From contig JBPYDT010000071.1 of NCBI GenBank assembly GCA_051986275.1, positions 1-58,766 on the forward strand: a DNA stretch of 58,766 nucleotides. The letters run 5' to 3'. Shown piece by piece: positions 8,656 to 17,756 of the stretch. The position numbers and the translations under genes are program-made. The stretch's first letter is position 1. Every line of letters begins with the position of its first letter. Origin of the DNA: Acidimicrobiia bacterium (GTDB taxonomy: Bacteria; Actinomycetota; Acidimicrobiia; IMCC26256; PALSA-555). The notes below the pieces were generated by a model. It was not told the origin of the DNA and ran no database searches. It saw only the letters and a program-made list of their open reading frames with translations.

Positions 8656-9138
8656 CTAGAACGGCTCCTCGAGGTCGTCGGCCGTGTCACTGCGACCCGC
8701 GGGCGCGGTCACGCGCTCGCTCCCACCGCCGGCACCGCCGCCGCCGCCGCCACCGCCGCCACTGTCGAAGCTGCCGCGGCGCTCGTTGCGCCGCACCTCG
8801 GCGGTCGCCCACCGCAGGCTCGGGCCGATGTCGTCGGCCACGATCTCGACGACGCTGCGCTTGTCGCCGCTCTCGGTCTCCCACGACCGCTGCTCGAGTC
8901 GGCCGTTCACGACCACGCGCGCGCCCTTGCCGATCGACTCGCAGACGTTCTCGGCCATGTCGCGCCAACAGACGACGTTGAAGAAGCTCGTCTGCTCCTC
9001 CCACTCTTGGGTGTTGCGGTTCTGCCAGCGTCGGCTGACCGCGACGCCGAACGTGGCCTTCGCGACGCCGCTCGGCGTGTAGCGCATCTCCGGGTCACGG
9101 GTGACGTTTCCCACGATCGTGACGGTGCTGTCGGCCAT
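8656..9138 (-). CDS. ssb: Single-stranded DNA-binding protein
   Basis: [19 protein letters not shown], Gly-rich linker and acidic EEPF tail. GAGGAGG SD before the ATG at 9138. Confidence 0.97.
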   Translation of the reverse strand: MADSTVTIVGNVTRDPEMRYTPSGVAKATFGVAVSRRWQNRNTQEWEEQTSFFNVVCWRDMAENVCESIGKGARVVVNGRLEQRSWETESGDKRSVVEIVADDIGPSLRWATAEVRRNERRGSFDSGGGGGGGGGAGGGSERVTAPAGRSDTADDLEEPF

Positions 9139-9185
9139 CTGGACCTCCTCAAATCGTCCTGGCCCGGGACCAGGCTCCCGCTCCC

Positions 9186-9512
9186 CTAATCGCCCGCCGG
9201 GGTGCCGAGCGTCTTGCCGTACACCGCGTCGGGTATCCGCAGGGCCTTGTGGCGCAGCACCTCGTCGGCGAGGGTCAGCGTCCGGCCGAGCTCGGCCATG
9301 GCCTCGGGCTCGGCGCGGGCCTGCAGGACGACGTAGTAGCCCTCCCACCGGCGCTTGAGCCGGTACGCGAAGGTCCGCTTGCCCCAGTAGTCGACCGGGC
9401 CGAGCTCGGCGCCCCTCGAGGAGAGCAACGTCGTCGCCTGCCCGACCGCGGCCTTGATGTCGGCCTCGTCGAGCTCGGCGTCGTAGATGACCATGACTTC
9501 GTACGGCCGCAT
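9186..9512 (-). CDS. rpsF: 30S ribosomal protein S6
   Basis: MRPYEVMVI...DYWGKRTFAY...EGYY...EVLRHK. Confidence 0.97.
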   Translation of the reverse strand: MRPYEVMVIYDAELDEADIKAAVGQATTLLSSRGAELGPVDYWGKRTFAYRLKRRWEGYYVVLQARAEPEAMAELGRTLTLADEVLRHKALRIPDAVYGKTLGTPAGD

Positions 9513-9625
9513 GGGCCGTGCCTCCTTCGGACCGGCGGGCTGGGCCGGCGGTGCGCCGGGTCGCCTGCGGGCTCACCGGGACCGCCGTGTCAGAGACACG
9601 CCCGGGCGGTGAGCAGGACGTTGTC
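9513..9625 (-). promoter_or_regulatory. Structured 5' leader of rpsF (candidate S6:S18 autoregulatory element)
   Basis: On the minus strand a TCCTGC segment is complementary to the GAAGGAGG SD region, with GC-rich hairpins (e.g. CGTGTC-TCT-GACACG) between. TAGCAT -10-like hexamer lies upstream. Position matches known S6:S18 leaders. Confidence 0.4.
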
Positions 9626-9684
9626 GAGCGCGAGATGCTACCCGGCTGGTCCGTGGCCGATCGTACGGGTCGGGTGCGACAGGT

Positions 9685-10170
9685 TCAGCCGGAGAGCGAG
9701 CCGCGCGGCAGCCGCCCGGCGAGCGTCTCCACCGCGTACCGGAAGGAGTGGCTCGCCGCGTAGACCGGGCACTCGTCCTCGGGGTGGGGGCACGGCGTCA
9801 TCCGGAGGCGGTCGACCGATCGGCCGTTGGCGCCGTAGAAGCCGATGTCGAGCGCGACCGGCACGGTCGACATGGTGAAGCCGACGCTCGAATCGCCCTG
9901 GAAGACGAAGAGCATCCCTCGGTACGGACCGAGCGTCGCCCGCTGCCGGAGACCGGCCTCCCGCTCGGCCTCCGTCTGGGCGATCACGACGAGGAAGGAC
10001 CGCCCGCCGACGCGGATGGTCGTCTGGGTCAGATCGGGGAACGGCTGCGTGGCGGGCGTCGCAGTGCGCACCGCGCTGCTGACGGGCGGGGCCGACGCGC
10101 CGGCCGGGGGCGCGCCGAGGAGGCCCAGCGCCAGCCCGGCGCCGACGAGCGCGGCGGCAGCCCGCCTCAC
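9685..10170 (-). CDS. DUF192 domain exported protein
   Basis: Signal peptide, then IAQTEAEREAGL, GMLFVF, FTMSTVPVALDIGFY, PCP...CPVY and YAVE. Confidence 0.85.
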   Translation of the reverse strand: MRRAAAALVGAGLALGLLGAPPAGASAPPVSSAVRTATPATQPFPDLTQTTIRVGGRSFLVVIAQTEAEREAGLRQRATLGPYRGMLFVFQGDSSVGFTMSTVPVALDIGFYGANGRSVDRLRMTPCPHPEDECPVYAASHSFRYAVETLAGRLPRGSLSG

Positions 10171-11048
10171 GCCGGGGCGTGCTCGGCGGGCGACCCGCCG
10201 TACAGCTCGAGCGCGTCGGCGACGCCGTCGGCCGCGTGGTAGGTCTCGCCGCTCGACGGGAAGCGGCCAGCGCGCACGTCGTCGGCGAAGTGGCTGACCG
10301 CCGCGGCGGCGTCACCCGCCAGGTCGGCGTAGCGGCGGACGAACTTCGGCGTGACCCGGGTCTCGAGCCCGACGAGGTCGTGGAAGACGAGCACCTGGCC
10401 GTCGCAGTGCCGTCCCGCGCCGATGCCGATCGTCGGCACGGCGACGGTGTCGGTGACGAGGCGGGCGACGGCGTCCGGGACGCACTCGAGCACGATCGCG
10501 AAGCAGCCCGCCTCGGCGAGCGCGATCGCGTCGTCCACGATCGCCCGCGCCGCGTCGAGGTCGCGGCCCTGGACGCGGAACCCTCCGAGGGCGTGGAACG
10601 ACTGCGGCGTGAGGCCGAGGTGGCCCATCACCGGGATCTCGGCGTCGAGGATCGCGCCGACCGCGGCCAGGCGCTTGCGGCCGCCCTCGAGCTTCACCGC
10701 GGCGGCTCCGGCGCGCACGAGCGCGGCCGCGTTCCGGACGGCGTCTTCGGGCCCGAGGTGATAGCTCATCCACGGCAGATCGGCGACGACGAGCGCGCCC
10801 GGGCGGGCCCGTGCCACGGCACCGACGTGGTGCGCCATGTCGGCGGTGGTCACCTGGAGGGTGTCCTCGTAGCCGAGCACGACCATGGCGACCGAGTCGC
10901 CGACGAGGATCATGTCGACGCCGGCCGCGTCGACGGCGCGCGCGGACGGCGCGTCGTAGGCCGTGACCATCACGAGGGGGGTGTCGCTGCCTTTGGCGGC
11001 GCTCACCGCGGGGGCGGTCGTCCGACGGGACCCGGTCAGGTCGGTCAT
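10167..11048 (-). CDS. panB: 3-methyl-2-oxobutanoate hydroxymethyltransferase
   Basis: MVTAYDAP, ILVGDS, VKLEGG, MGHLGLTPQS and IGIGAG...DGQVLV motifs. Confidence 0.97.
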   Translation of the reverse strand: MTDLTGSRRTTAPAVSAAKGSDTPLVMVTAYDAPSARAVDAAGVDMILVGDSVAMVVLGYEDTLQVTTADMAHHVGAVARARPGALVVADLPWMSYHLGPEDAVRNAAALVRAGAAAVKLEGGRKRLAAVGAILDAEIPVMGHLGLTPQSFHALGGFRVQGRDLDAARAIVDDAIALAEAGCFAIVLECVPDAVARLVTDTVAVPTIGIGAGRHCDGQVLVFHDLVGLETRVTPKFVRRYADLAGDAAAAVSHFADDVRAGRFPSSGETYHAADGVADALELYGGSPAEHAPA

Positions 11049-11117
11049 CGCCTCGTCTCCACCGTCCAGGGCACGCACGGCTCCCGGCGGCCCCCGCAGC
11101 GTAATCCCGTGGTGGGC

Positions 11118-11483
11118 TCAGCCGGCGTGGTGGCGCCCGTGCAGCTCGTGGCGCTGCAGGTGGTTCCAATGGCAGTCGAGGCAGACCTCGACCACGTACC
11201 GAGTGAACTCCTCGTGGGCCGCATCCAGGCGCTCGAGCTCGCCGACCGACGCGATGCAGCGCCCGTTCGCCCGGGCGAGTGCGTCGCCGTAGACGTAGGA
11301 GACGAGCCGCAGGCTGCGGCGGCCGCAGACCGGGCAGGGCGTCGGGGCGTCCTGGCCCACGTGGCGCCCGGCTCGGAGCAGCTCGGGGTGGGCGTCGCAG
11401 ACGTCGTCGCGCTCGATCCTTCCGGCACGCAGGTCCCGCAGCACGGACCGCCGAGCGAGGGCGTAGTCGACGTGCCGTCGCAC
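11118..11483 (-). CDS. DUF5318 family protein (Zn-ribbon-like, Rv0049-like)
   Basis: VDYALARRSVL, DVCDAHPELLRA, CPVC and YVVEVCLDCHWNHL. TACACT -10 lies 7 nt before the GTG at 11483. Confidence 0.85.
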   Translation of the reverse strand: MRRHVDYALARRSVLRDLRAGRIERDDVCDAHPELLRAGRHVGQDAPTPCPVCGRRSLRLVSYVYGDALARANGRCIASVGELERLDAAHEEFTRYVVEVCLDCHWNHLQRHELHGRHHAG

Positions 11484-11571
11484 GGGGGCGAGTGTACGCA
11501 TGGGCGTCCGCCCGACCGTTGGTCTGCCGGGCTCGGGGGCCCTGGCTTGCTCGCGCTCCGCGAGCGCGGCA

Positions 11572-11605
11572 TACTGTGCCTCGATATATCGACCCGATAT
11601 ATCGG
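11572..11605 (+). promoter_or_regulatory. -10 element followed by tandem palindromic operator (putative PadR sites)
   Basis: TACTGT at 11572, then TCGATATATCGA (11581-11592) and CCGATATATCGG (11594-11605). Confidence 0.7.
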
Positions 11606-11628
11606 ATCGTTGCAGAGGAGAGGTTCCC

Positions 11629-12258
11629 GTGCTGGAGCTCGCGGTGCTCGGCTTGCTGAAAGACCAGCCGCTGCACGGCTACGAGCTGAAGAAGCGGCTC
11701 GGCGAGACCCTCGGGTTCCTCTGGGGGGTCTCGTACGGCTCGCTCTACCCGGCGCTCCGGCGCCTCGAGCGGGCGGGTGCGATCGCGAGCGTGCCGGGCG
11801 CACCGGTGCCGGCGCCCGCGCCGTCGACCGGGTCGATCACCGGCGACCTCGCCGCGGCCCGGCTGCGGACGATGGCCGGGCGGCTGTCGGGCACCGGCCG
11901 ACGGACCCGGAAGGCGTACCAGATCACCCCGGCCGGCGAGGCGCTCTTCGCCGAGCTGCTGCTGGACGACGACGCGCACGGCGACGACGAGAAGACGTTC
12001 GCCGTGAAGCTCGCGTTCTGCCGGCACCTGGCGCCGGCCGACCGGCTCACGCTGCTCGAGCGGCGCCGCCGGGTGCTCGCCGAGCGCCTCGAACGCCAGC
12101 TGCACAGCCGTGCGGCGCGCGACGACCGGTACACACGCGCCCTCGTGGAGCACCGGACGAAGTCCACACAGCGCGACCTCGAGTGGGTCGCGGAGCTGAT
12201 CGCCGCGGAGGAGGCGGCCCGGGAGGACTCCCCGGGCGCCGTTCGCCCCGCGGTCTAG
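11629..12258 (+). CDS. PadR family transcriptional regulator (Rv0047c-like)
   Basis: [23 protein letters not shown]...[12 protein letters not shown]...[10 protein letters not shown]. Directly upstream of ino1. Confidence 0.9.
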   Translation: MLELAVLGLLKDQPLHGYELKKRLGETLGFLWGVSYGSLYPALRRLERAGAIASVPGAPVPAPAPSTGSITGDLAAARLRTMAGRLSGTGRRTRKAYQITPAGEALFAELLLDDDAHGDDEKTFAVKLAFCRHLAPADRLTLLERRRRVLAERLERQLHSRAARDDRYTRALVEHRTKSTQRDLEWVAELIAAEEAAREDSPGAVRPAV

Positions 12259-12268
12259 GAGGATCACG

Positions 12269-13354
12269 ATGAGCCCAACCAAACCGACCCGGACCGTCCG
12301 TCTGGCGATCGCCGGCGTCGGCAACTGTGCGTCGAGCCTGGTGCAAGGCGTGACGTACTACCGGGACGCTGCACCCGACGACGAGGTGCCCGGCCTCATG
12401 CACGTGGTGCTCGGCGGCTACCACGTCCGCGACGTCGAGTTCGTCGCGGCGTTCGACGTCGACGCCGCGAAGGTCGGCCTCGACCTCGGCAAGGCCGTGT
12501 TCGCGGGCAACAACAACACGATCAAGTTCGCCGACCCGGGCGAGCAGGGCGTGCAGGTCCAGCGGGGCCCGACGTTCGACGGCCTCGGCGAGTTCTACCG
12601 GGACGCGGTCGAGGAGTCGCCCGCCGAGCCGGTCGACGTGGCGCAGGCGCTGAGCGACGCCCGGGCCGACGTGCTCGTCAGCTACCTCCCCGTCGGTTCG
12701 GAGGAGGCGCAGCGGCACTACGCGGCGGCCTGCCTCGAGGCGGGCGTCGCGTTCGTGAACGCCATCCCCGTGTTCATCGCCAGCGACCCCAAGTGGGCGC
12801 AGCGCTTCGAGGACGCGGGCGTCCCGATCGTCGGCGACGACATCAAGAGCCAGGTGGGCGCCACGATCGTCCACCGGATCCTCACCCGTCTCTTCGAGGA
12901 CCGCGGCGTCGAGCTGGACCGCACCTACCAGCTCAACTTCGGCGGGAACATGGACTTCAAGAACATGCTCGAGCGCAAGCGCCTGAAGTCGAAGAAGATC
13001 TCCAAGACGCAGTCGGTGACGAGCCAGCTCGACCGGGGCATCGAGAGCGACAACGTGCACATCGGCCCGTCGGACCACGTGCCGTGGCTCGACGACCGGA
13101 AGTGGTGCTACATCCGCATGGAGGGCCGCAACTTCGGCGACGTGCCGCTGAACCTCGAGCTCAAGCTCGAGGTCTGGGACTCCCCGAACTCGGCCGGGGT
13201 GATCATCGACGCGGTGCGCTGCGCCAAGCTCGCGCTCGACCGGGGCATCGGCGGCCCGCTCGAGGGACCGAGCGCCTACTTCATGAAGTCGCCCCCCGTG
13301 CAGCACCGGGACGAGGACGCCCGCGAGATGGTGGAGGCGTTCGCCCGGGGCTGA
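12269..13354 (+). CDS. ino1: Inositol-3-phosphate synthase
   Basis: [36 protein letters not shown] and WDSPNSAG motifs. Confidence 0.97.
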   Translation: MSPTKPTRTVRLAIAGVGNCASSLVQGVTYYRDAAPDDEVPGLMHVVLGGYHVRDVEFVAAFDVDAAKVGLDLGKAVFAGNNNTIKFADPGEQGVQVQRGPTFDGLGEFYRDAVEESPAEPVDVAQALSDARADVLVSYLPVGSEEAQRHYAAACLEAGVAFVNAIPVFIASDPKWAQRFEDAGVPIVGDDIKSQVGATIVHRILTRLFEDRGVELDRTYQLNFGGNMDFKNMLERKRLKSKKISKTQSVTSQLDRGIESDNVHIGPSDHVPWLDDRKWCYIRMEGRNFGDVPLNLELKLEVWDSPNSAGVIIDAVRCAKLALDRGIGGPLEGPSAYFMKSPPVQHRDEDAREMVEAFARG

Positions 13355-13357
13355 CCC

Positions 13358-14773
13358 TCACGGGGCCGGGTCGCGCCGGCCCTCCGGCGTCAAGCCCCGC
13401 TCGCGGGCCCAGCGGTCGAGGCGCGAGTAGGCGTCGTCGCGCTCGATCGGACCCTCGTCGAGGCGGGCCTCGAGGAGGAAGTCGAGGGCCTCGCCCACGA
13501 CCGGGCCCGGCGGCACGCCGAGGTAGGCCATGACGTCGCGCCCGTCGAGGGGTGGCCGGATCGCGTCGAGCTCCTCGCGCGCCCGCAGCTCGGCGATGCG
13601 TGCCTCGAGGTCGTCCATCCGGCGGGCGAGGCCCGCGGCCTTGCGCTGGTTGCGGGTCGTGCAGTCCGCCCGCTGGAGCTCGTTGAGCTCACCGAGCAGC
13701 GGGCCGGCGTCGCGGACGTAGCGCCGCACCGCCCGGTCGCTCCACCCCATCGCGTAGGTGTGGATGCGCAGGTGGAGGTACACGAGCGTCGTCACGTCGT
13801 GGACGCACTCGTTGCTGAAGCGCAGGGCCCGCAGCCGCTCCTCGGTCATGCGGGCGCCGACGACCTCGTGGTGGTGGAAGCTCACGCCGTCGGGGCCGAT
13901 CGAGCGCGTCTTGGGCTTGCCGACGTCGTGGAAGAGCGCGGCGAGCCGCACCGTGAGGTGTGCCGGGTCCGTGTTCGCGACGACGGCGATCGTGTGCGCG
14001 AGGACGTCCTTGTGGGTGTGGATCGGGTCCTGCTCGAGGCGCATCGCGTTGAGCTCGGGGACGAACTCGTCGGCGAGCCGCGTCTCGCAGAGCAGCCACA
14101 GCCCGACGCTCGGGTCCGCGACGCCGAGGAGGCGGCTCAGCTCGTCGCGCAGCCGCTCCGGGCTCACGATCTCGAGCCGGTGGCGCAGCGCGCCCATCGC
14201 GTCGACGAGCTCGGGGCGCGGCTCGAGCGTGAACGCGGCGACGAATCGGGCCGCGCGGAGCATCCGCAGGGGGTCGGCCTCAAACGACACCGCGGGCAGC
14301 TGGGGGGTCCGCAGCACCCGCGCCGCGAGGTCCGCCGCGCCCCCGAAGGGGTCGACGAGCACCGGCTCGGGCAGGCGCAGCGCCATCGCGTTGATGGTGA
14401 AGTCCCGCCGGGCGAGGTCCTCCTCGATCCGCGTGCCGTAGGAGACGGTCGGCTTGCGGCTGTCGGGCTGGTAGGCGTCGGCCCGGTACGTGGTCACCTC
14501 GAGGCGCAGCCCGCCCTTGTGCATGGCCACGGTGCCGAAGCGCGCCCCCTGGAGCCACAGGTGCTCGGCCCAGCCCGTGGCGAGGCGCTCGACCTCGTTG
14601 GGCGGGGCGTCGGTGGACAGGTCGACGTCGGGCGAGGTGGCGCCGAGGAAGGCGTCGCGGACCGTGCCACCGACCAGGTAGCACTCGTGGCCCGCGCCGG
14701 CGAGCCGCTCGGCGAGCTCGAGCGTCGGGGAGCCCGCCTCGTAGTAGGCGCGCAGCCGCGCGGGGACCTCCAT
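13358..14773 (-). CDS. cca: CCA tRNA nucleotidyltransferase with HD domain
   Basis: LVGGTVRD, DVDLST, EVTTYR, DLARRDFTINAMA, DPLRMLRAARF and LFHDVGKP motifs. Confidence 0.93.
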   Translation of the reverse strand: MEVPARLRAYYEAGSPTLELAERLAGAGHECYLVGGTVRDAFLGATSPDVDLSTDAPPNEVERLATGWAEHLWLQGARFGTVAMHKGGLRLEVTTYRADAYQPDSRKPTVSYGTRIEEDLARRDFTINAMALRLPEPVLVDPFGGAADLAARVLRTPQLPAVSFEADPLRMLRAARFVAAFTLEPRPELVDAMGALRHRLEIVSPERLRDELSRLLGVADPSVGLWLLCETRLADEFVPELNAMRLEQDPIHTHKDVLAHTIAVVANTDPAHLTVRLAALFHDVGKPKTRSIGPDGVSFHHHEVVGARMTEERLRALRFSNECVHDVTTLVYLHLRIHTYAMGWSDRAVRRYVRDAGPLLGELNELQRADCTTRNQRKAAGLARRMDDLEARIAELRAREELDAIRPPLDGRDVMAYLGVPPGPVVGEALDFLLEARLDEGPIERDDAYSRLDRWARERGLTPEGRRDPAP

Positions 14774-14825
14774 GCCCTGCCCATTCTCGCGGCCGGTGCC
14801 CCGCCGGACGGGCAGGTTCGGGCCG

Positions 14826-15926
14826 CTACGCGGGCGCCGGGACCGGCTGGGCCCGCTCGCGGTCGATGCGCTCGAGCTCGAGGCGCATCTCCGGACCCGC
14901 CGACGCGTGCTCGAGCGCGGCATCGCGGTCGATGAGGCCCCGCTGGTAGAGGCGGGTGACCGCCTGGTCGAACGTCTGCATCCCGTAGTAGTCGCCGTCG
15001 CGCATGAGCTGCTCGAGCTTCGCGGGCTCCCGTCCGTCCGCGATCGCCTCGGCGATCGCCCCGTTGGCGACGAGCACCTCGGCCGCGACGACGCGGCCCC
15101 GGCCGCCGGCCCGGCCGAGCAGGCGCTGGCACACGACGCCGCGCAGTGCGCGCGCCAGAACGGTGCGCATGGCGACCGAGCGGTCGTTCGGGAACAGCTC
15201 CAGGATGCGGTCGATGGCCTCGGCGGCGCCGGTCGTCGCCATCGCGGCAAGGACGAGGTGGCCCGTGTCGGCCGCCTCGATCACGCGCCGCGCGGCGCCC
15301 TCGTCGGCGAGCTCCCCGACGACGATGAGGTCGGGGTCCTGGCGCACGACGCGCGCGAGGGCGTCGCTCACGCTCATGACGTCCACGCCGACCTCGCGCT
15401 GGTCGACGATCGACTGCTTGTCGGCGTGCAGCACCTCGATCGGGTCCTCGATCGTGACGATGTGGCGGCGCGCCGTGGAGTTCACGTGGTCGACGAGGGC
15501 GGCCATCGTCGACGTGCGGCCCGAGCCGGCGAGCCCGGTGACCAGGACGAGGCCGCCGGCCGCGTCCATCAGCGACGCGACGACGGCGGGCAGGCCGAGC
15601 GCCTCGACGCCGGGGACGCCGGGCACGACCCGGCGCAGCACGAGACCGACCTGGCCGCGCTGGCGGTACGCGCTCACGCGGAACCGGCACAGCCCGGGGA
15701 CGGCGTAGACGCAGCCCGCGTCGCCGGTGCGGCGCAGCGCGTCAGCCTGGCCGTCGGTCAGCAGCCGAGTGGCGGCCCGGTCGGTGTCGTCGGGCTCGAG
15801 CACGTCGCTCGGCGCCTCGACGAGCGCCCCGTCCACCCGCAACCAGGGCCGCGAGCCGACCTTGAGGTGCACGTCGGACGCCCGCTGCTCGACAGCGAGG
15901 CGGAGGAGACGGTCGACGTCGAGCAC
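14826..15926 (-). CDS. PilT/PilU-family ATPase-like protein with degenerate motifs
   Basis: ASDVHLKVG, RFRVSAYRQRG, TIEDPIE, QREVG, RQDPD and GMQTFDQ. Walker A reads GSGRT rather than GSGKT/S. Confidence 0.85.
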   Translation of the reverse strand: MLDVDRLLRLAVEQRASDVHLKVGSRPWLRVDGALVEAPSDVLEPDDTDRAATRLLTDGQADALRRTGDAGCVYAVPGLCRFRVSAYRQRGQVGLVLRRVVPGVPGVEALGLPAVVASLMDAAGGLVLVTGLAGSGRTSTMAALVDHVNSTARRHIVTIEDPIEVLHADKQSIVDQREVGVDVMSVSDALARVVRQDPDLIVVGELADEGAARRVIEAADTGHLVLAAMATTGAAEAIDRILELFPNDRSVAMRTVLARALRGVVCQRLLGRAGGRGRVVAAEVLVANGAIAEAIADGREPAKLEQLMRDGDYYGMQTFDQAVTRLYQRGLIDRDAALEHASAGPEMRLELERIDRERAQPVPAPA

Positions 15927-15963
15927 GCCTGAGGTATCGGCGCCGGGCTGCGCCGGCTGAACC

Positions 15964-16971
15964 TCAGGCCCGGGCCGCCCACTGGCGCCGGGCGGCGGCG
16001 ACCGCGTCGTCGCCCGGCCCGCCGCTCGTCGGCGCCTCGGTGGGCCGCGGGGTCGCCTCGACGAGCACCGGCAGGGTCGCCGCCACCGAGTCGCGGACCG
16101 CCGTGAGGTCGTAGCCGCCCTCGAGGAACACGATCGTGCGGCCCGGGCGGGGGGCGAGCGCGACGGCCCGGGAGGCGAGCGCGGCGTAGTCCCCCGACGA
16201 CAGCGAGAGCCCGGTGAGCGGGTCGGCGCGGTGCGCGTCGAAGCCGCAGGAGACCAGGAGCCAGTCGGGCGCGAACTCGGCGACGAGCGGCTCGACGACC
16301 GCGTCGAACGCTCGCTGGTACACGTCGCCGGTGGCGCCCGCCGGGAGCGGCAGGTTGCACGTCGTGCCCTCGCCGGCACCGGCGCCGACCTCGGTGAGCC
16401 GCCCGGTCCCCGGGTAGAGCGGCCACTCGTGGAGCGACACGTAGAGGACGCCGGGGTCCTCCCAGAAGATGTCTTGTGTGCCGTTGCCGTGGTGCGCGTC
16501 GTAGTCGATCACGCACACGCGCGCGCCTCGCTCGACGAGCGCGGCCGCGGCGACCGCGACGTTGTTGAAGAGGCAGAACCCCATCGGGCGGACACCCGTC
16601 GCGTGGTGGCCTGGCGGCCGCACGCCGAGGAACGCCGCCGTCCCTCGTCCGGCGTCGAGCTCGTCGACCGCCGCCAGTCCGGCGCCCGCGGCGGCGACCG
16701 CGGCGTCGTACGAGCCGGGCGAGACGCGCGTGTCCGGGTCGAGCGCGCGGCGCGCCGCGCTGCTCGCGGCCACGGCGTCGAGCACCGTCGCGTCATGAAC
16801 GCGTGTCAGCTCCTTGCGCGTCGCCTCGCGCGCGGGCAGCGGGACGAGCGCGTCGACCACGTCGCTCGCGGCCGTCCCCGCGGCGACCGCCTCGAGACGC
16901 GCGATCCGCTCGGGGTGGCCGGGCCCGGGATCGTGGCACGCGAACGCCGGGTCGTCCGCGATCAGCAGCAC
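15964..16971 (-). CDS. Zn-dependent deacetylase (HDAC/AcuC/AphA family)
   Basis: HPERIARL, RPPGHHA, GFCLFNN, DYDAHHGNGTQDIF, GFDAH and LEGGY, all intact. Confidence 0.95.
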   Translation of the reverse strand: MLLIADDPAFACHDPGPGHPERIARLEAVAAGTAASDVVDALVPLPAREATRKELTRVHDATVLDAVAASSAARRALDPDTRVSPGSYDAAVAAAGAGLAAVDELDAGRGTAAFLGVRPPGHHATGVRPMGFCLFNNVAVAAAALVERGARVCVIDYDAHHGNGTQDIFWEDPGVLYVSLHEWPLYPGTGRLTEVGAGAGEGTTCNLPLPAGATGDVYQRAFDAVVEPLVAEFAPDWLLVSCGFDAHRADPLTGLSLSSGDYAALASRAVALAPRPGRTIVFLEGGYDLTAVRDSVAATLPVLVEATPRPTEAPTSGGPGDDAVAAARRQWAARA

Positions 16972-17036
16972 GCCGCGCAGGGTACGTCGGCGTGGCGAAA
17001 GGGTGGCGGAGGGACCGGCAGGTACGCTGCGGTCCC

Positions 17037-17756
17037 GTGGCTTCGCGCACCGGTGAGCGAACGCTGCGATTCGCCGGGGGATGGGCCCGCGTCGGGCCGT
17101 GGCACGACCAGCCCGACGTCGCGCACGTCGTCGTCGCGACCGATCAGCGCCTCAGCCCACCCGCCGTGCGCGACTGCGTGGCCCGCGTCCGCGCCGCCGG
17201 GTACCGGGCCGCTGTGACGAGCCCGCTCACCGCGGCCGCCGCGGTGCCGTTCCTCTCGGAGGGCTTCGAGTCCCGGGAGCACCTGCACGTCCTCGAGCAC
17301 CCACTGTCCGACCTCGCGCGACGCTCGGGGGCGGGTCCCGAGCTGCGCCGCGGCTGGCGGCGTGACCGGGCCGAGGTGATCGCGCTCGACCGGCGGGCGT
17401 TCCCGCCCGACTGGCAGCTCGGCGAGTCGGGGCTGCGGGAGGCGCTGCGCGCCACCCCGTCGGTGCGCTTCCGTATCGCTCACCGTCCGGGGGACACGCG
17501 CATCGCCGCCTTCGCCATCACCGGCCGCGCCGGGCGGCAGGGCTACCTGCAGCGGCTCGCGGTCGACCCCGACGCGCGGCGCGGCGGCCTCGGGCGCGCC
17601 CTCGTCGTCGACGCGCTGCGCTGGGTGCGCCGCTCCGGCGGGCGCAGCTGCCTCGTGAACACCCAAACCGACAACCAGGACGCGCTCGCGCTGTACGAGG
17701 CGTGCGGGTTCCGACGACTCCCGTCGGGGCTCGGCGTGCTCGGCTGCGCCTGGTGA
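17037..17756 (+). CDS. GNAT family N-acetyltransferase
   Basis: YLQRLAVDPDARRGGLGRALV...VNTQTDNQDALALYEACGF. TACGCT -10 lies 8 nt before the GTG. Confidence 0.88.
   Translation: MASRTGERTLRFAGGWARVGPWHDQPDVAHVVVATDQRLSPPAVRDCVARVRAAGYRAAVTSPLTAAAAVPFLSEGFESREHLHVLEHPLSDLARRSGAGPELRRGWRRDRAEVIALDRRAFPPDWQLGESGLREALRATPSVRFRIAHRPGDTRIAAFAITGRAGRQGYLQRLAVDPDARRGGLGRALVVDALRWVRRSGGRSCLVNTQTDNQDALALYEACGFRRLPSGLGVLGCAW

Noticed and set aside
8725..8762. (CCG)n-like microsatellite
   Set aside because: It encodes the ordinary poly-Gly linker of SSB.
8656..9576. Apparent 306-aa N-terminally extended SSB
   Set aside because: The extension is an alternate frame of rpsF. The real start is the ATG at 9138 with a strong SD.
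10179..12324. Long ORFs 10179..12272 (+) and 10312..12324 (-), and many similar 200-700 aa Arg/Pro/Gly-rich ORFs across the track
   Set aside because: These are shadow frames of real genes in very GC-rich DNA. They have no recognisable motifs and overlap well-supported CDSs.
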